In this document: in pieces, positions 8,921 to 18,720 of the stretch
How positions within the stretch are numbered: position 1 is the first letter of the stretch
Layout of the letters: every line of letters starts with the position of its first letter
Origin: Escherichia coli
Lineage (GTDB): Bacteria; Pseudomonadota; Gammaproteobacteria; Enterobacterales; Enterobacteriaceae
Length of the DNA: 51,502 nucleotides
Reading direction: 5' to 3' (one strand)
Assembly (NCBI RefSeq): GCF_048403405.1
Contig: NZ_CP183133.1
Made by a program: the position numbers and the translations under genes
The notes under the pieces: generated by a model
Told to the model about the DNA's origin: nothing
Seen by the model: the letters and a program-made list of their open reading frames with translations, nothing else
Databases searched by the model: none

Positions 8921-9716
8921 ATATGGGAATCGGCCCACCTTGCCGGGCGCCGGTGCCGTGTGGAAATCCGCCCACCTTGCCGCGCGCCGGTGCCGTGTGG
9001 GAATCCGCCCACCTTGCCGGGCGCCGGTGCTGTGTGGAAATCCGCCCACCTTGCCGCGCGCCGGTGCCGTGTGGGAATCCGCCCACCTTGCCGCGCGCCG
9101 GTGCCGTGTGGGAATCCGCCCACCTTGCCGGGCGCCGGTGCTGTGTGGAAATCCGCCCACCTTACCGGGCGCCGGTGCTGTGTGGAAATCCGCCCATCTT
9201 GCCGGGCGCCGGTGCCGTGTGGGAATCCGCCCACCTTGCCGGGCGCCGGTGCTGTGTGGAAATCCGCCCACCTTACCGGGCGCCGGTGCTGTGTGGAAAT
9301 CCGCCCATCTTGCCGGGCGCCGGTGCCGTGTGGGAATCCGCCCACCTTACCGGGCGCCGGTGCCGTGTGGGAATCCGCCCACCTTACCGGGCGCCGGTGC
9401 CGTGTGGGAATCCGCCCACCTTACCGGGCGCCGGTGCTGTGTGGAAATCCGCCCATCTTGCCGGGCGCCGGTGCCGTGTGGGAATCCGCCCACCTTGCCG
9501 GGCGCCGGTGCTGTGTGGAAATCCGCCCACCTTACCGGGCGCCGGTGCTGTGTGGAAATCCGCCCATCTTGCCGGGCGCCGGTGCCGTGTGGGAATCCGC
9601 CCACCTTACCGGGCGCCGGTGCCGTGTGGGAATCCGCCCACCTTACCGGGCGCCGGTGCCGTGTGGGAATCCGCCCACCTTACCGGGCGCCGGTGCTGTG
9701 TGGAAATCCGCCCATC
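8921..9716. repeat. Tandem array, about 21 copies of a 37-bp GC-rich unit (TGTGGGAATCCGCCCACCTTGCCGGGCGCCGGTGCCG); iteron-like, downstream of the truncated rep gene
   Basis: Motif CCCACCTT recurs at 8934, 8971, 9008, 9045 (period 37); units are contiguous with no spacers; variant positions alternate (G/C, C/T, G/A). Confidence 0.85.
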
Positions 9717-9765
9717 TTCATGACAAAAATTTGTCAAATGACAGGCTCATGTGTGCTGATTTATG

Positions 9766-10068
9766 TCAGACGGGATTTTGCTTATCAATTATTGAGAACA
9801 GAAATTTTCCTGAATCATCAATACTATACTTAGCAAGTAAAGGTGTTTTCTCATTTATCTGCTTGAGAGCAGGATCAAGGAAAGATCGTTTCAACTCTGC
9901 CAAGTTCTTCTGTTGGGATTCCGGCAAAAGGAAACGGTCATTTAACCAAGCATGAGTAGTAACCCATAAGCCTGAAGATTTGAATTGAGCAAGACTTTCA
10001 TAAAGGCGGATCGTCCGGGGATTTCGAAGACTGCCACAATCGCGGAGCGAGTAGGTGGTGAACTGGTT
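9766..10068 (-). pseudogene. Rep_3-family replication initiator, C-terminal fragment (5' end removed by IS1)
   Basis: Minus-strand translation ...LYESLAQFKSSGLWVTTHAWLNDRFLLPESQQKNLAELKRSFLDPALKQINEKTPLLAKYSIDDSGKFLFSIIDKQNPV* parallels the RepB C-terminus (RLYESLCQFRSTGVWITTHDWL...). Confidence 0.6.
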
Positions 10069-10083
10069 GGTAATGACTCCAAC

Positions 10084-10587
10084 TTACTGATAGTGTTTTA
10101 TGTTCAGATAATGCCCGATGACTTTGTCATGCAGCGCCACCGATTTTGAGAACGACAGTGACTTCCTGCCCAGCCTTGCCAGATGCTGCCTCAGATTCTG
10201 GTTATGCCGCTCAATTCGCTGCGTATATCGCTTGCTGATAACGTGCAGTTCTCCCTTCAGGCGGGATTCATAAAGCGGCCAGCCATCCGTCATCCATACC
10301 ACGACCTCAAAGGCCGACAGCAGGCCCGGAAGACGCTCCAGCGTGGCCAGAGTACGCTCACCAAAGACGCGTGCCACCACCGTCCTGCACATCCTGCCAT
10401 AGGCGTAAAATAACCAGCGCTGACGTGATTTAGCCCCGACGTAGCCCCACTGTTCGTCCATTTCCGCGCAGACAATGACGTCACTGCCCGGTTGTATGCG
10501 TGAGGTTACCGACTGCGGTCTGAGTTTTTTAAGTGACGTAAAATCGTGTTGAGGCCAACGCCCATAATGCGGGCGGTTGCCCGGCAT
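10084..10587 (-). CDS. insB: IS1 InsB
   Basis: ORF translation [64 protein letters not shown]... Confidence 0.9.
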   Translation of the reverse strand: MPGNRPHYGRWPQHDFTSLKKLRPQSVTSRIQPGSDVIVCAEMDEQWGYVGAKSRQRWLFYAYGRMCRTVVARVFGERTLATLERLPGLLSAFEVVVWMTDGWPLYESRLKGELHVISKRYTQRIERHNQNLRQHLARLGRKSLSFSKSVALHDKVIGHYLNIKHYQ

Positions 10588-10781
10588 CCAACGCCATTCA
10601 TGGCCATATCAATGATTTTCTGGTGCGTACCGGGCTGAGAGGCGGTGTAAGTGAACTGTAGCTGCCATGTTTTACGGCAGTGAGAGCAGAGATAGCGCTG
10701 ATGTCCGGCAGTACTTTTACCGTTACGCACCACGCCTTCAGTAGCTGAGCAGGAGGGACAACTGATGGAGATGGAAGCCAC
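10506..10781 (-). CDS. insA: IS1 InsA
   Basis: ORF translation [46 protein letters not shown]... Confidence 0.9.
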   Translation of the reverse strand: MASISISCPSCSATEGVVRNGKSTAGHQRYLCSHCRKTWQLQFTYTASQPGTHQKIIDMAMNGVGCRATARIMGVGLNTILRHLKNSDRSR

Positions 10782-10864
10782 TGGAGCACCTCAAAGACAC
10801 CATCGTACACTAAATCAGTAAGTTGGCACCATTATCCGGCAGGCGATCTGGATTATCGTCACGC

Positions 10865-12785
10865 TGTTAAATATGTCGCGGTAGGGATACCCGTTACCGG
10901 ATACCCCCCGCACAGATCCCGGCGTGCGCGATTTACGCACCGGGCTCCTGCCTCGGGTGTCTGGCGGTGAACCGCTCCACAGGCCATGGATGAAGAACCC
11001 GAACCCTTGGTAGCCATGCGGCTGCCAGTTTGTTTGCTTTCGTCCAGGTCGTATCATCCTTCTGGCTCCTGCGCCTGAGCGCCCGGCGCCAGAGGTTTGT
11101 TACGTGTGTCCTGAACTTCTGCATGGTGGGGAAGTTGCCCGGTACCGAGTGATAGTTCAGGTATCCCTGAACCACTCTCCTGAGCCATTTTCCCTGTTCG
11201 GGGATTGAGTAATGCCAGCGCCTTCGCAGACCGTCTTTGATGGCTTTCAGAGTTGCCGTCATCCGATCCCGGCGGGTCTTTCGTATCAGCATGAACCTGC
11301 CGTTGCGATCTTTCCCGCTGATGTGCGTGAACCCGAGGAAGTTGAACGTTTCTGGTTTGCCTTTTCCCCTGATGGCACGGTTTTCGGCAGCGAAGCGGCC
11401 GAACTCCATCAGACGGGTTTTCTCCGGGTGAACCGTGAGTCCGAACTCCCTCAGTCTGCGCTGCATGGCTATACGGAAGCGCCGGGCATCGTATCGTTTG
11501 TCGAACCCGATGACGATGTCATCGGCGTATCTGACCATTACCACATTGCCTGTGGCATAGCGACGTCGCCACTGATGCGCCCACAGATCGAAGACGTAGT
11601 GGAGGTATATGTTTGCCAGCAGCGGTGAGATGACCGCACCCTGTGGGGTGCCTTCCTCCGTTGCTCGCCATTGACCCTCCTCCAACGTCCCGGCTGTGAG
11701 CCACTTACGTATGAGCCTGATTACGCTCCGGTCGCCGATCCGATGCTCTGTGAACCTGATCAGCCATTCGTGGCTCACCCTGTCGAAGAACTGACTGATG
11801 TCGGCATCCAGTACCCAGTTTACGTTAGTGCGTACCAGCCCTGTGGCCAGTGCGTCCAGTGCATCGTGCTGGCTTCGCCCGGGTCTGAACCCGTATGAGA
11901 ACCCCATAAAGTCGTTTTCATAGACTGCGTTCAGGATTTTCACCAGCGCATACTGGACGATCTTGTCCTCCAGCGAGGCGATGCCGAGCGGGCGTTGTTT
12001 TCCATCCGCTTTTGGGATGTAGTGACGCCTGCCGGGCTGCGCCCTGTAGCTGCCCTGATGTAGCCTCCGGTGCAGATCTGTTATGTTGTTCTTCATGTTT
12101 CCGGCGTAGTCCATCCACCTGATGCCATCCACTCCGGCGGCCGCTTTCCTGCTCAGGGAGAGGAATGCGGCTTCCAGTGCTTCGACTGTCAGCAGGTGGA
12201 ACAATGCTGTAAACCGTTCTTTCTTCCGCTGCTTCGCAGCTTCCCGCACGCGTGACAGCCTCTGTGACATGCTTTCCCGGCTCTGTGTCCGGCGCATGTG
12301 TGGCTGTTCCGCGTTCCCCTTGGCCCCGCTCCTTCGCTCCACTGACTCCGCTCCTTTCGGGTTGTTCGCCTGCTTCGCCGCTACTATGAGCGAGTCCGAC
12401 TTCTCCTCTCCGTACATCACCGGCTATGACTCCTCGTCTTCCCGGTGCGGGCCGTCTCCGACACTGGCAGATGGTCAGAGGGGAGATCTCCCGGTTCCCG
12501 CGTAGAGATCGTATTGACATGCCAGGGTCTCAGACCCCGCCGGGTCCATGTGGCACTCGCAGTATCGCACCCTATGATGTTGCCTTCCGTTAACAGTACA
12601 ACGTCGGCACCCGGTAATTTAATATACATTTCGTGGCTCAATGGCTGGCCTGTCAACACCCCTGTCAACGCTTCGCCCCATACCTCGCGGTATGCAACGC
12701 ATGACTCGGGGACCTTGTGGATTGCTGGTCCTTCAATGGTCGGGGACTTTCACCCCTTGATCTCTACCGGTCTCCCGGCGAACAC
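10865..12785 (-). mobile_element. Group II intron (approximate boundaries) carrying an RT/maturase ORF
   Basis: Domain-V-like hairpin GAGCCCGGTGCGTAAATCGCGCACGCCGGGATC (minus strand, plus coords 10915-10947) overlaps the RT stop; about 490 nt of structured sequence lies 5' of the RT start; exact 5'/3' ends not resolved by eye. Confidence 0.5.
10933..12297 (-). CDS. Group II intron reverse transcriptase/maturase
   Basis: ORF translation has RT motifs (…KADGKQRPLGIASLEDKIVQ…GTPQGAVISPLLANIYLH…VRYADDIVIGF…) and a maturase-like C-terminus; start placed at MRRTQSRE (the ORF track extends to 12420). Confidence 0.8.
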   Translation of the reverse strand: MRRTQSRESMSQRLSRVREAAKQRKKERFTALFHLLTVEALEAAFLSLSRKAAAGVDGIRWMDYAGNMKNNITDLHRRLHQGSYRAQPGRRHYIPKADGKQRPLGIASLEDKIVQYALVKILNAVYENDFMGFSYGFRPGRSQHDALDALATGLVRTNVNWVLDADISQFFDRVSHEWLIRFTEHRIGDRSVIRLIRKWLTAGTLEEGQWRATEEGTPQGAVISPLLANIYLHYVFDLWAHQWRRRYATGNVVMVRYADDIVIGFDKRYDARRFRIAMQRRLREFGLTVHPEKTRLMEFGRFAAENRAIRGKGKPETFNFLGFTHISGKDRNGRFMLIRKTRRDRMTATLKAIKDGLRRRWHYSIPEQGKWLRRVVQGYLNYHSVPGNFPTMQKFRTHVTNLWRRALRRRSQKDDTTWTKANKLAAAWLPRVRVLHPWPVERFTARHPRQEPGA

Positions 12786-12800
12786 TGTATGTATAACCAG
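12785..12800 (+). promoter_or_regulatory. LexA-box-like operator (CTGTATGTATAACCAG) upstream of umuD
   Basis: Matches the CTGT-N8-ACAG SOS-box pattern with one half-site mismatch; 26 bp upstream of the umuD ATG. Confidence 0.5.
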
Positions 12801-12825
12801 TAAAATTAGAGTGTCAGGAGGAAAG

Positions 12826-13257
12826 ATGAAACTACAACTTTTCAGCACCGGGAAAGAACTCCCGCCACAGGCCCATCCATTGTTTGCCGATCTGGCCAGC
12901 TGCGGTTTTCCCAGCCCTGCTGCTGACTATGTCGAGTCCGATCTGGATCTCCATGATTACTGCATACGGCATCCGAGCGCGACGTACTACCTGCGTGCCA
13001 GCGGAGACAGCATGGCCGACGGCAGTCTGTACAATGGCGATCTGCTGGTTGTGGACAGTGCTGAAAAGCCGCGGCACGGCGATATCGTTGTCGCCAGCAT
13101 GCAGGGGGAGTTTACGGTGAAACGGCTTCTGCTGACGCCGCGACTGACGCTGCAGCCCATGAATGCCTCCTGGTCGCCGATTTATCCTGATCCCGACGAG
13201 CTGGATATCTTTGGCGTCGTCACGCATATCATCCACCGCCCGAGGGAGATGTACTGA
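12826..13257 (+). CDS. umuD: UmuD (translesion polymerase V accessory subunit)
   Basis: RBS AGGAGG before ATG 12826; translation [37 protein letters not shown]...[20 protein letters not shown]... resembles UmuD. Confidence 0.9.
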   Translation: MKLQLFSTGKELPPQAHPLFADLASCGFPSPAADYVESDLDLHDYCIRHPSATYYLRASGDSMADGSLYNGDLLVVDSAEKPRHGDIVVASMQGEFTVKRLLLTPRLTLQPMNASWSPIYPDPDELDIFGVVTHIIHRPREMY

Positions 13258-14528
13258 TGTTTGCCCTGGCCGATGTGAACAGCTTCTATGCCAGCTGTGA
13301 ACGTGTTTTCCGCCCGGATTTGAAAGGAAAGCCGATAGTCGTCCTGAGCAACAACGACGGGAATGTAATCGCTCGCAGTGCCGAGGCGAAGCCCTGGATC
13401 AAAATGGGAACTCCGTGGTTTCAGATAAAAAACGAAAGATACCCGGAAAAAATATATGCGTTTTCAAGTAATTATGAACTTTACGCCTCGATATCGGCGC
13501 GCGTGATGAACTGCCTGGAGGAACTGGCCCCCAGGGTGGAACAGTATTCAATTGATGAGATGTTCCTCGACCTGACCGGCGTGGAGCACTGTATGGGGCT
13601 TGAGGACTTCGCCCGGCAGCTGCGTCAGCAGGTGTATGACTGTACCCGCCTGACCATTGGCGTGGGCGCCGGACCAACGAAAACCCTCGCAAAATCAGCC
13701 CAGTGGGCCTCAAAAGAGTGGAAACAGTTTCATGGCGTACTCGCTCTGACCAGGGGAAATCCGCAAAGGACGCGGAAACTGCTTTCACTGCAGCCGGTTG
13801 AAGAAATCTGGGGGGTGGGTAACCGTATTGCACGCAAGCTAAATGTGCTGGGCATAAAAACCGCGCTCGATCTGGCTCTGACGAACCCGGCCTTCATCCG
13901 CAAAAATTTTTCTGTCGTCCTTGAGCGAACGGTACGGGAACTGAACGGGGAAAGCTGCCTTTCGCTTGAGGAAGCCCCTCCGACGAAACAGCAAATTGTC
14001 TGCAGCCGCAGTTTTGGCGTGAAGATCACGGAGTACGAGTCACTCCGTCAGGCTATCTGTCAGCACGCAGAGCGGGCCTCTGAAAAACTGCGTAAAGAGC
14101 ACCAGTATTGCCGGCATATTTCCGTTTTCATCAAAACGTCTCCGTTCGCCATTAAAGAGCCTTACTACGGCAACGTGGCTACGGAAAAACTTCTTACACC
14201 CACTCAGGACACCAGGGACATCATTGCAGCCGCTACAACGGCTCTGGAGCGTATCTGGAGGGATGGGCACCGGTATGCCAAAGCCGGAGTTATGCTGAAT
14301 GACTTCACCGGCTCCGGAGTTTCGCAGCTGCAACTGTTCGACGAACGCCCGCCACGCCCTCACAGTGCTGAGCTGATGAGGGTTCTGGACGGGATCAACA
14401 ACTCAGGGCTGGGTAAAGTATGGTTTGCGGGGCGGGGTATGGCCCCGGAATGGCAGATGAAACGGGAGATGCTTTCTCCTGCTTATACGACACGATGGTC
14501 AGATATTCCTGCAGCGAAACTGGCGTGA
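13257..14528 (+). CDS. umuC: UmuC (error-prone DNA polymerase V catalytic subunit)
   Basis: 423-aa [44 protein letters not shown]... (Y-family polymerase); ATGA overlap with the umuD stop. Confidence 0.9.
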   Translation: MFALADVNSFYASCERVFRPDLKGKPIVVLSNNDGNVIARSAEAKPWIKMGTPWFQIKNERYPEKIYAFSSNYELYASISARVMNCLEELAPRVEQYSIDEMFLDLTGVEHCMGLEDFARQLRQQVYDCTRLTIGVGAGPTKTLAKSAQWASKEWKQFHGVLALTRGNPQRTRKLLSLQPVEEIWGVGNRIARKLNVLGIKTALDLALTNPAFIRKNFSVVLERTVRELNGESCLSLEEAPPTKQQIVCSRSFGVKITEYESLRQAICQHAERASEKLRKEHQYCRHISVFIKTSPFAIKEPYYGNVATEKLLTPTQDTRDIIAAATTALERIWRDGHRYAKAGVMLNDFTGSGVSQLQLFDERPPRPHSAELMRVLDGINNSGLGKVWFAGRGMAPEWQMKREMLSPAYTTRWSDIPAAKLA

Positions 14529-14532
14529 AACT

Positions 14533-14609
14533 ATGGCGATTTCACCGTGAAATTCTCAACCTAAACTGCCTAATTACAATAAGTTAGATGTGAAATCGCC
14601 ATGGCGAAA
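14533..14609. other. P1-type parS-like centromere
   Basis: Heptamer boxes ATTTCAC/GTGAAAT and hexamer boxes TCGCCA/TGGCGA between the umuC stop and the parB stop (…GGCGATTTCACCGTGAAATT…GTGAAATCGCCATGGCGAAAT…). Confidence 0.55.
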
Positions 14610-15587
14610 TTATTGACTCAAATTTCTGTCAAGGACTTCGTTGATAGCCTTGTCCAGTTCATCCTGAATCACTTTTGACATACGGCTAAACTCATAAGTC
14701 AGCGTGCGCCCTTTCACACGCTTACGCGCGAACTTGTCCTTTTCTTCAAAAGACCAGAGTGGGGAAACCACTGACTTTTCCTTGGGAGATGGATCTATCA
14801 ATGCCTGAGATGCCTGAGAAATCAGCTTCAGAATACTGGCTTTCTGTTCGTCTTCTGGTCGCTCGCCATCACTCAAAATTGCATCGAGCTGAGCTGATAC
14901 AGACTGAATGAGTTCTTCAGGCGTTAATCCCTTTTCACCGAGTTTTTCATTAACTTCTAAAAGAAGTTTATAATCACTAAACGATAGCTCCGACTGAACC
15001 GGGAACAGAGAAATTAAGTCTTGCGGTACGGCCGCCGCCTGCAGCGCCCTGGTAACTTTAGCCTGAGATAATCCCTCCAGTTCAGCAATTTCCTTTTGAT
15101 TAAATCCGGACTCTTTAAGAGCGATCAATCTCAGACCAATCTCCCGAAGATTATGTTCTTTAGCTGTCTGGATATCTTTAGCCAGTTGGCGAGCTTCATC
15201 AGCTGATAAATGTTCTTCGGTAACCATTACATCAAGGCCTGTACGGACAAAAATTGCTGAGGCTCGCCGTCTTGAACCATCCAGTATCTCAATCCTTTCA
15301 CTTTGCTTAATACCAATACAGGGAAAGAACTGCTGAAACTTAATCGTCTGGATAATGGATTTCAGAGACTCCCTGGTCAGTGCAAGTTGATCTCTTCCAT
15401 TGTTTTCCTGGTTTACGAAGGTCTTACTTTCAACTTCAGATGCAGGCACCCGAACAAACCTGAACGTTACCTTCCTGCCGGTTTTTAAGGTAAATACCTG
15501 ACTTCTACCGGTGTCAGCCATTTCGAGCATTGACGCCTGAGTATTTAACTGTCTGCCGATGGTTTTTCTTTTCTCATTCGACATCAC
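14610..15587 (-). CDS. parB: ParB (P1 ParB-like centromere-binding protein)
   Basis: 325-aa ORF strongly resembles P1 ParB as I recall it (…IEILDGSRRRASAI…KEGLSQAKVTRALQAA…FARKRVKGR…). Confidence 0.9.
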   Translation of the reverse strand: MMSNEKRKTIGRQLNTQASMLEMADTGRSQVFTLKTGRKVTFRFVRVPASEVESKTFVNQENNGRDQLALTRESLKSIIQTIKFQQFFPCIGIKQSERIEILDGSRRRASAIFVRTGLDVMVTEEHLSADEARQLAKDIQTAKEHNLREIGLRLIALKESGFNQKEIAELEGLSQAKVTRALQAAAVPQDLISLFPVQSELSFSDYKLLLEVNEKLGEKGLTPEELIQSVSAQLDAILSDGERPEDEQKASILKLISQASQALIDPSPKEKSVVSPLWSFEEKDKFARKRVKGRTLTYEFSRMSKVIQDELDKAINEVLDRNLSQ

Positions 15588-16789
15588 ATACCTCCGTTAG
15601 TACGAATGAACTCGATGCGATCAAAGACTGCCTTCGCAAAGTCTTCCGCTGCTGATTTTGCGCTTTTTAGTGCCTCTGTACTTCCATCATAGGTTGCTGG
15701 ATTTGCTGAAATAACTGTGTCAAAAGTCTCCCCACAACGTTCGAAACCATCCAGTCTTGGCAGAACCATGTCTAGCATATCGGCACCGAAAACCTCTTTG
15801 GCCTGACTATGGCAAATTTTGTGATCAGACTTGTTCAGGATCTTGGACATGAAGCCGACATTACCGATGAGATTGCAGGTGTGCCCATCCATTTCGATGG
15901 AATCTATGAGGGCAGGGAGGCTGGCCACAAACTTCAGGGAAGAATGAAAATCAACCGTCGCCGGTGGAAGAGGGGTCAACATCAGGTCTGCCGCCCCAAT
16001 GCAGTTTTTCAGGAACGCATCAAGGTGAGGACCACTATCAAGGAAAATAAAGTCGTAGTCATGCTGGAGCTTGTCGATAATGTTCTCTTTAAGCACCGCA
16101 TGAATATTTTTCCCTGGCAGATGTTCTTCACACAATCCCTTCCAGCCTTCAGCAAGGAATGCATCGTCAATGGAAGCGGGGATTACATCAACACCAGGGA
16201 TAATAGACGGTACTATAAAATCGGAAAGTAATTCTTCACGAGACACGTTCTGGAGCATGGCCTGAGCAGCCGTATTTTCAACCAAGCCCACTGAATTCTC
16301 ATGGCTCAGGAACATTGTCAGAGATGCCTGCGGATCGAAATCGATGGCCAGAATACGCAGGTCTTCGAACAGAAGCTGAGGATGAGCTCGAAAAGCATGT
16401 GATAATGAAGCGGTAGAAACTGTCTTGGAACCACCACCTTTAAGATTACATACAAAAATCGTAAAGGCTTTATCGAAGCGATCCCTGTACTTCGGTACTT
16501 TACGATGGTTATACAGATCGATGACATTCTGAATCGTCATCGCGTATTTCATCGTATTACCAGAAGGTTTCTTTTTAAAAATGTAGCCACCGGCTTCCAT
16601 TTCGGACACAGCATACTCAACACTGCCTTTACTGAGCTTAGGCAGCTTATACAGAGCGGCTTTGCTGTATTCCTGATAGAACTCGGTAAGCTTCAATTCC
16701 TCTTTTTGCTGTCGGATACTTTCGCTCAAAGATGTCAGAAGCTTACCTGCACGTGTAGCGACTTTCCGTAACTGCTCAATATTGTCCAT
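15584..16789 (-). CDS. parA: ParA (type Ia partition ATPase with N-terminal HTH extension)
   Basis: 401-aa ORF with deviant Walker A NLKGGGSKT; 4-bp overlap with parB. Confidence 0.9.
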   Translation of the reverse strand: MDNIEQLRKVATRAGKLLTSLSESIRQQKEELKLTEFYQEYSKAALYKLPKLSKGSVEYAVSEMEAGGYIFKKKPSGNTMKYAMTIQNVIDLYNHRKVPKYRDRFDKAFTIFVCNLKGGGSKTVSTASLSHAFRAHPQLLFEDLRILAIDFDPQASLTMFLSHENSVGLVENTAAQAMLQNVSREELLSDFIVPSIIPGVDVIPASIDDAFLAEGWKGLCEEHLPGKNIHAVLKENIIDKLQHDYDFIFLDSGPHLDAFLKNCIGAADLMLTPLPPATVDFHSSLKFVASLPALIDSIEMDGHTCNLIGNVGFMSKILNKSDHKICHSQAKEVFGADMLDMVLPRLDGFERCGETFDTVISANPATYDGSTEALKSAKSAAEDFAKAVFDRIEFIRTNGGM

Positions 16790-17182
16790 TTATCACCTCA
16801 TGACGTTTTTTGTCATTTTGAACAAAAAGTGTCATGTTGCAAGAAAAAAATCATATTGTTTTGATTTCGCTCTCAACAGAAGGGGGATGAAGCTCGACGG
16901 GCGTGCTACTAAATCACACTGCAGCAACACGCAGACGCACTTTTGACCATCAACAGCAACTCATACAAAAGGGCTTTGAGAAAGGTATTCAACTTGCAAG
17001 ACAGGAGAGTCATTCAGAAGGATTCTGATTTTAGTTACGACCAGTGCAATGCTGAGCCTTATGTATCAGCGCTCGCCGCAGCCATGTAACCGAGCGTAGC
17101 GAGCGAACTGGCGAGGAAGCGAAGAGGAACCGTTCCGGCAGATAGCTCTTACGCTCAGCACAAGAAGAGTTTTCCATCCTCT

Positions 17183-17590
17183 GTGGGAAACAGGTCAACT
17201 TTAATGGACGCTCCGGACTATGGGAAACAGGTCAACTTCGCGGACGGCCCGGACTATGGGAAACAGGTCAACTTCACGGGCGGCCGGGAGTGTGGGGAAC
17301 AGGTCAACTTCGCGGACGGCCCGGATTATGGGAAACAGGTCAACTTCGCGGGCGGCCGGGACTGTGGGAAACAGGTCAACTTTGCAGACGGCCCGGACTG
17401 TGGGAAACAGGTCAACTTCGCGGGCGGCCGGGAGTGTGGGGAACAGGTCAACTTCGCGGACGGCCCGGACTAAGGGAAACAGGTCAGCTTCTCGGACGGC
17501 CCGGACTATGGGAAACAGGTCAACTTCTCGGACGGTCGGGAGTGTGGGAAACAGGTCAAGTTAGGCAAGCACTATGGGAAACACAGCAAG
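17183..17590. repeat. Iteron array downstream of repB: about 11 units of about 36 bp with core TGTGGGAAACAGGTCAACTT
   Basis: Core GGGAAACAGGTCAAC recurs at 17185, 17222, 17258, … (period 36-37). Confidence 0.8.
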
Positions 17591-17649
17591 TTCAGTATCC
17601 CCCCATATGTCAGCAACAAACTAAGGGGGGAGGAAATAAAAATTACAGA

Positions 17650-18372
17650 CTATTGTTTTTTATCAAGAAAATTAAACAGCAAGCGACCATCTTCTTCAGT
17701 GGTATATGTTACCTTTAATGGCGTCTTCTCATTAATTTTCTTCAGAGCAGGTTCCAGGAAGGTACGCTTCATTTCAGCAATATTGTTTTTCTGCGAGGCA
17801 GGGAGCATAAACCTTTCACATAACCAGTCATGTGTGGTGATCCAGACACCAGTGCTCCGGAACTGACACAGGCTTTCATAAAGCCGGATGACACGAACAC
17901 TATTAAGCTGGCCACAGTCATAGAGAGAATAGGTAGTGAACTGGGAGGTTAAGCCGACCAGGAATGGCATGACCTTGTAGTTAAATTCAATCTGCCAGGA
18001 ACCCCGGCCTCGCTTCATTCCTGCTTCAGCCAGCCACGGACGTTTAACTTCTTCAAACTCACCTTCTTTTGGATAAAAGGTAACCGTTGATTCGCCCAGA
18101 GCATTTACCCCAGCCTTCACATCACGACTGGCGACAGACGTAGCGACATTGAAGTATTTGACGTAATCGGAAACGCTGATTTTGAAGAGCGGCAATACGT
18201 CAGAGTCATCTTCCTGGCTGTCATTAAAATAGGCCTGCATGAGGCATAACCACAGCACACGTTTTGCCTGAAGAGGCAGGTAATATGCAGCTTCGGTCAA
18301 TTCGTTAGATTGCTTTATACTGGCGCGTTTTTTAAACGTTTTAGTAGCTGGCAAGAGTGCTTGAGTATCCAT
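17650..18372 (-). CDS. repB: Replication initiator RepB (Rep_3 / RepE-like)
   Basis: Translation from MDTQALLPATKTFKKRASIKQSNELTEAAYYLPLQAKRVLWLCL…RLYESLCQFRS… parallels F RepE; start set at the inner ATG (18372) because the upstream in-frame ATG (18516) lies inside operator repeats. Confidence 0.8.
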   Translation of the reverse strand: MDTQALLPATKTFKKRASIKQSNELTEAAYYLPLQAKRVLWLCLMQAYFNDSQEDDSDVLPLFKISVSDYVKYFNVATSVASRDVKAGVNALGESTVTFYPKEGEFEEVKRPWLAEAGMKRGRGSWQIEFNYKVMPFLVGLTSQFTTYSLYDCGQLNSVRVIRLYESLCQFRSTGVWITTHDWLCERFMLPASQKNNIAEMKRTFLEPALKKINEKTPLKVTYTTEEDGRLLFNFLDKKQ

Positions 18373-18720
18373 TTCAATGCCTATGGGTAAATTTTTACCC
18401 ACCCATAATGACAGTGAAAACAGAAATTGCAAGCTATCGCGATACTTATCCACCGGAAAAATCTGCACTTTATCCACAAGTGGATAATTGAGAACTGAAC
18501 TTGACCTCTTTCCCATAGCTTGTTGATGCGTATCCCATAGCTTGTTGACACAAAACCCACTGATACGTGATTAATTTCCCATATTATGTTTACCAGTTGC
18601 CCATACAGGCCCCCTCTCAGGCCGCACTGTACGCGGCTTTCAGGCTCCCTAAAAGATGTAAAATAAAGAAAAAGAATAAAAAAGTACTTTATAAAAATAT
18701 GCCCGTGGATAAGTGGATAA
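18373..18720. promoter_or_regulatory. repB operator / putative oriV
   Basis: Inverted DnaA boxes TTATCCACAAGTGGATAA (18470-18487); two 16-bp direct repeats TCCCATAGCTTGTTGA (18501-18540); AT-rich tract 18640-18700; tandem DnaA boxes GTGGATAAGTGGATAA (18705-18720). Confidence 0.55.

Larger units (their letters stand above)
10069..10836 (-). mobile_element. IS1, 768 bp
   Basis: Left end GGTAATGACTCCAACTTACTGATAGTG at 10069; right end ...CACTAAATCAGTAAGTTGGCACCATTA; encodes InsA and InsB; flanking 9-mers differ. Confidence 0.9.

Noticed and set aside
8921-9716. CRISPR array
   Set aside because: Units are contiguous 37-bp repeats with no unique spacers and no cas genes or leader nearby.
8713-9955. 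Several long ORFs on both strands inside the 37-bp tandem array (e.g. 8759..9955, 8713..9345)
   Set aside because: Their proteins are periodic translations of the repeat unit (…PGAGAVW(K/E)SAHL… repeating); this is a non-coding repeat array.
12445-13257. 270-aa ORF extending umuD upstream
   Set aside because: The upstream part crosses the intron region and LexA box; RBS-supported start is at 12826.
17183-17718. ORFs 17183..17473, 17220..17564 and 17290..17718 within the repB iteron array
   Set aside because: Repetitive translations of the 36-bp iteron; non-coding.
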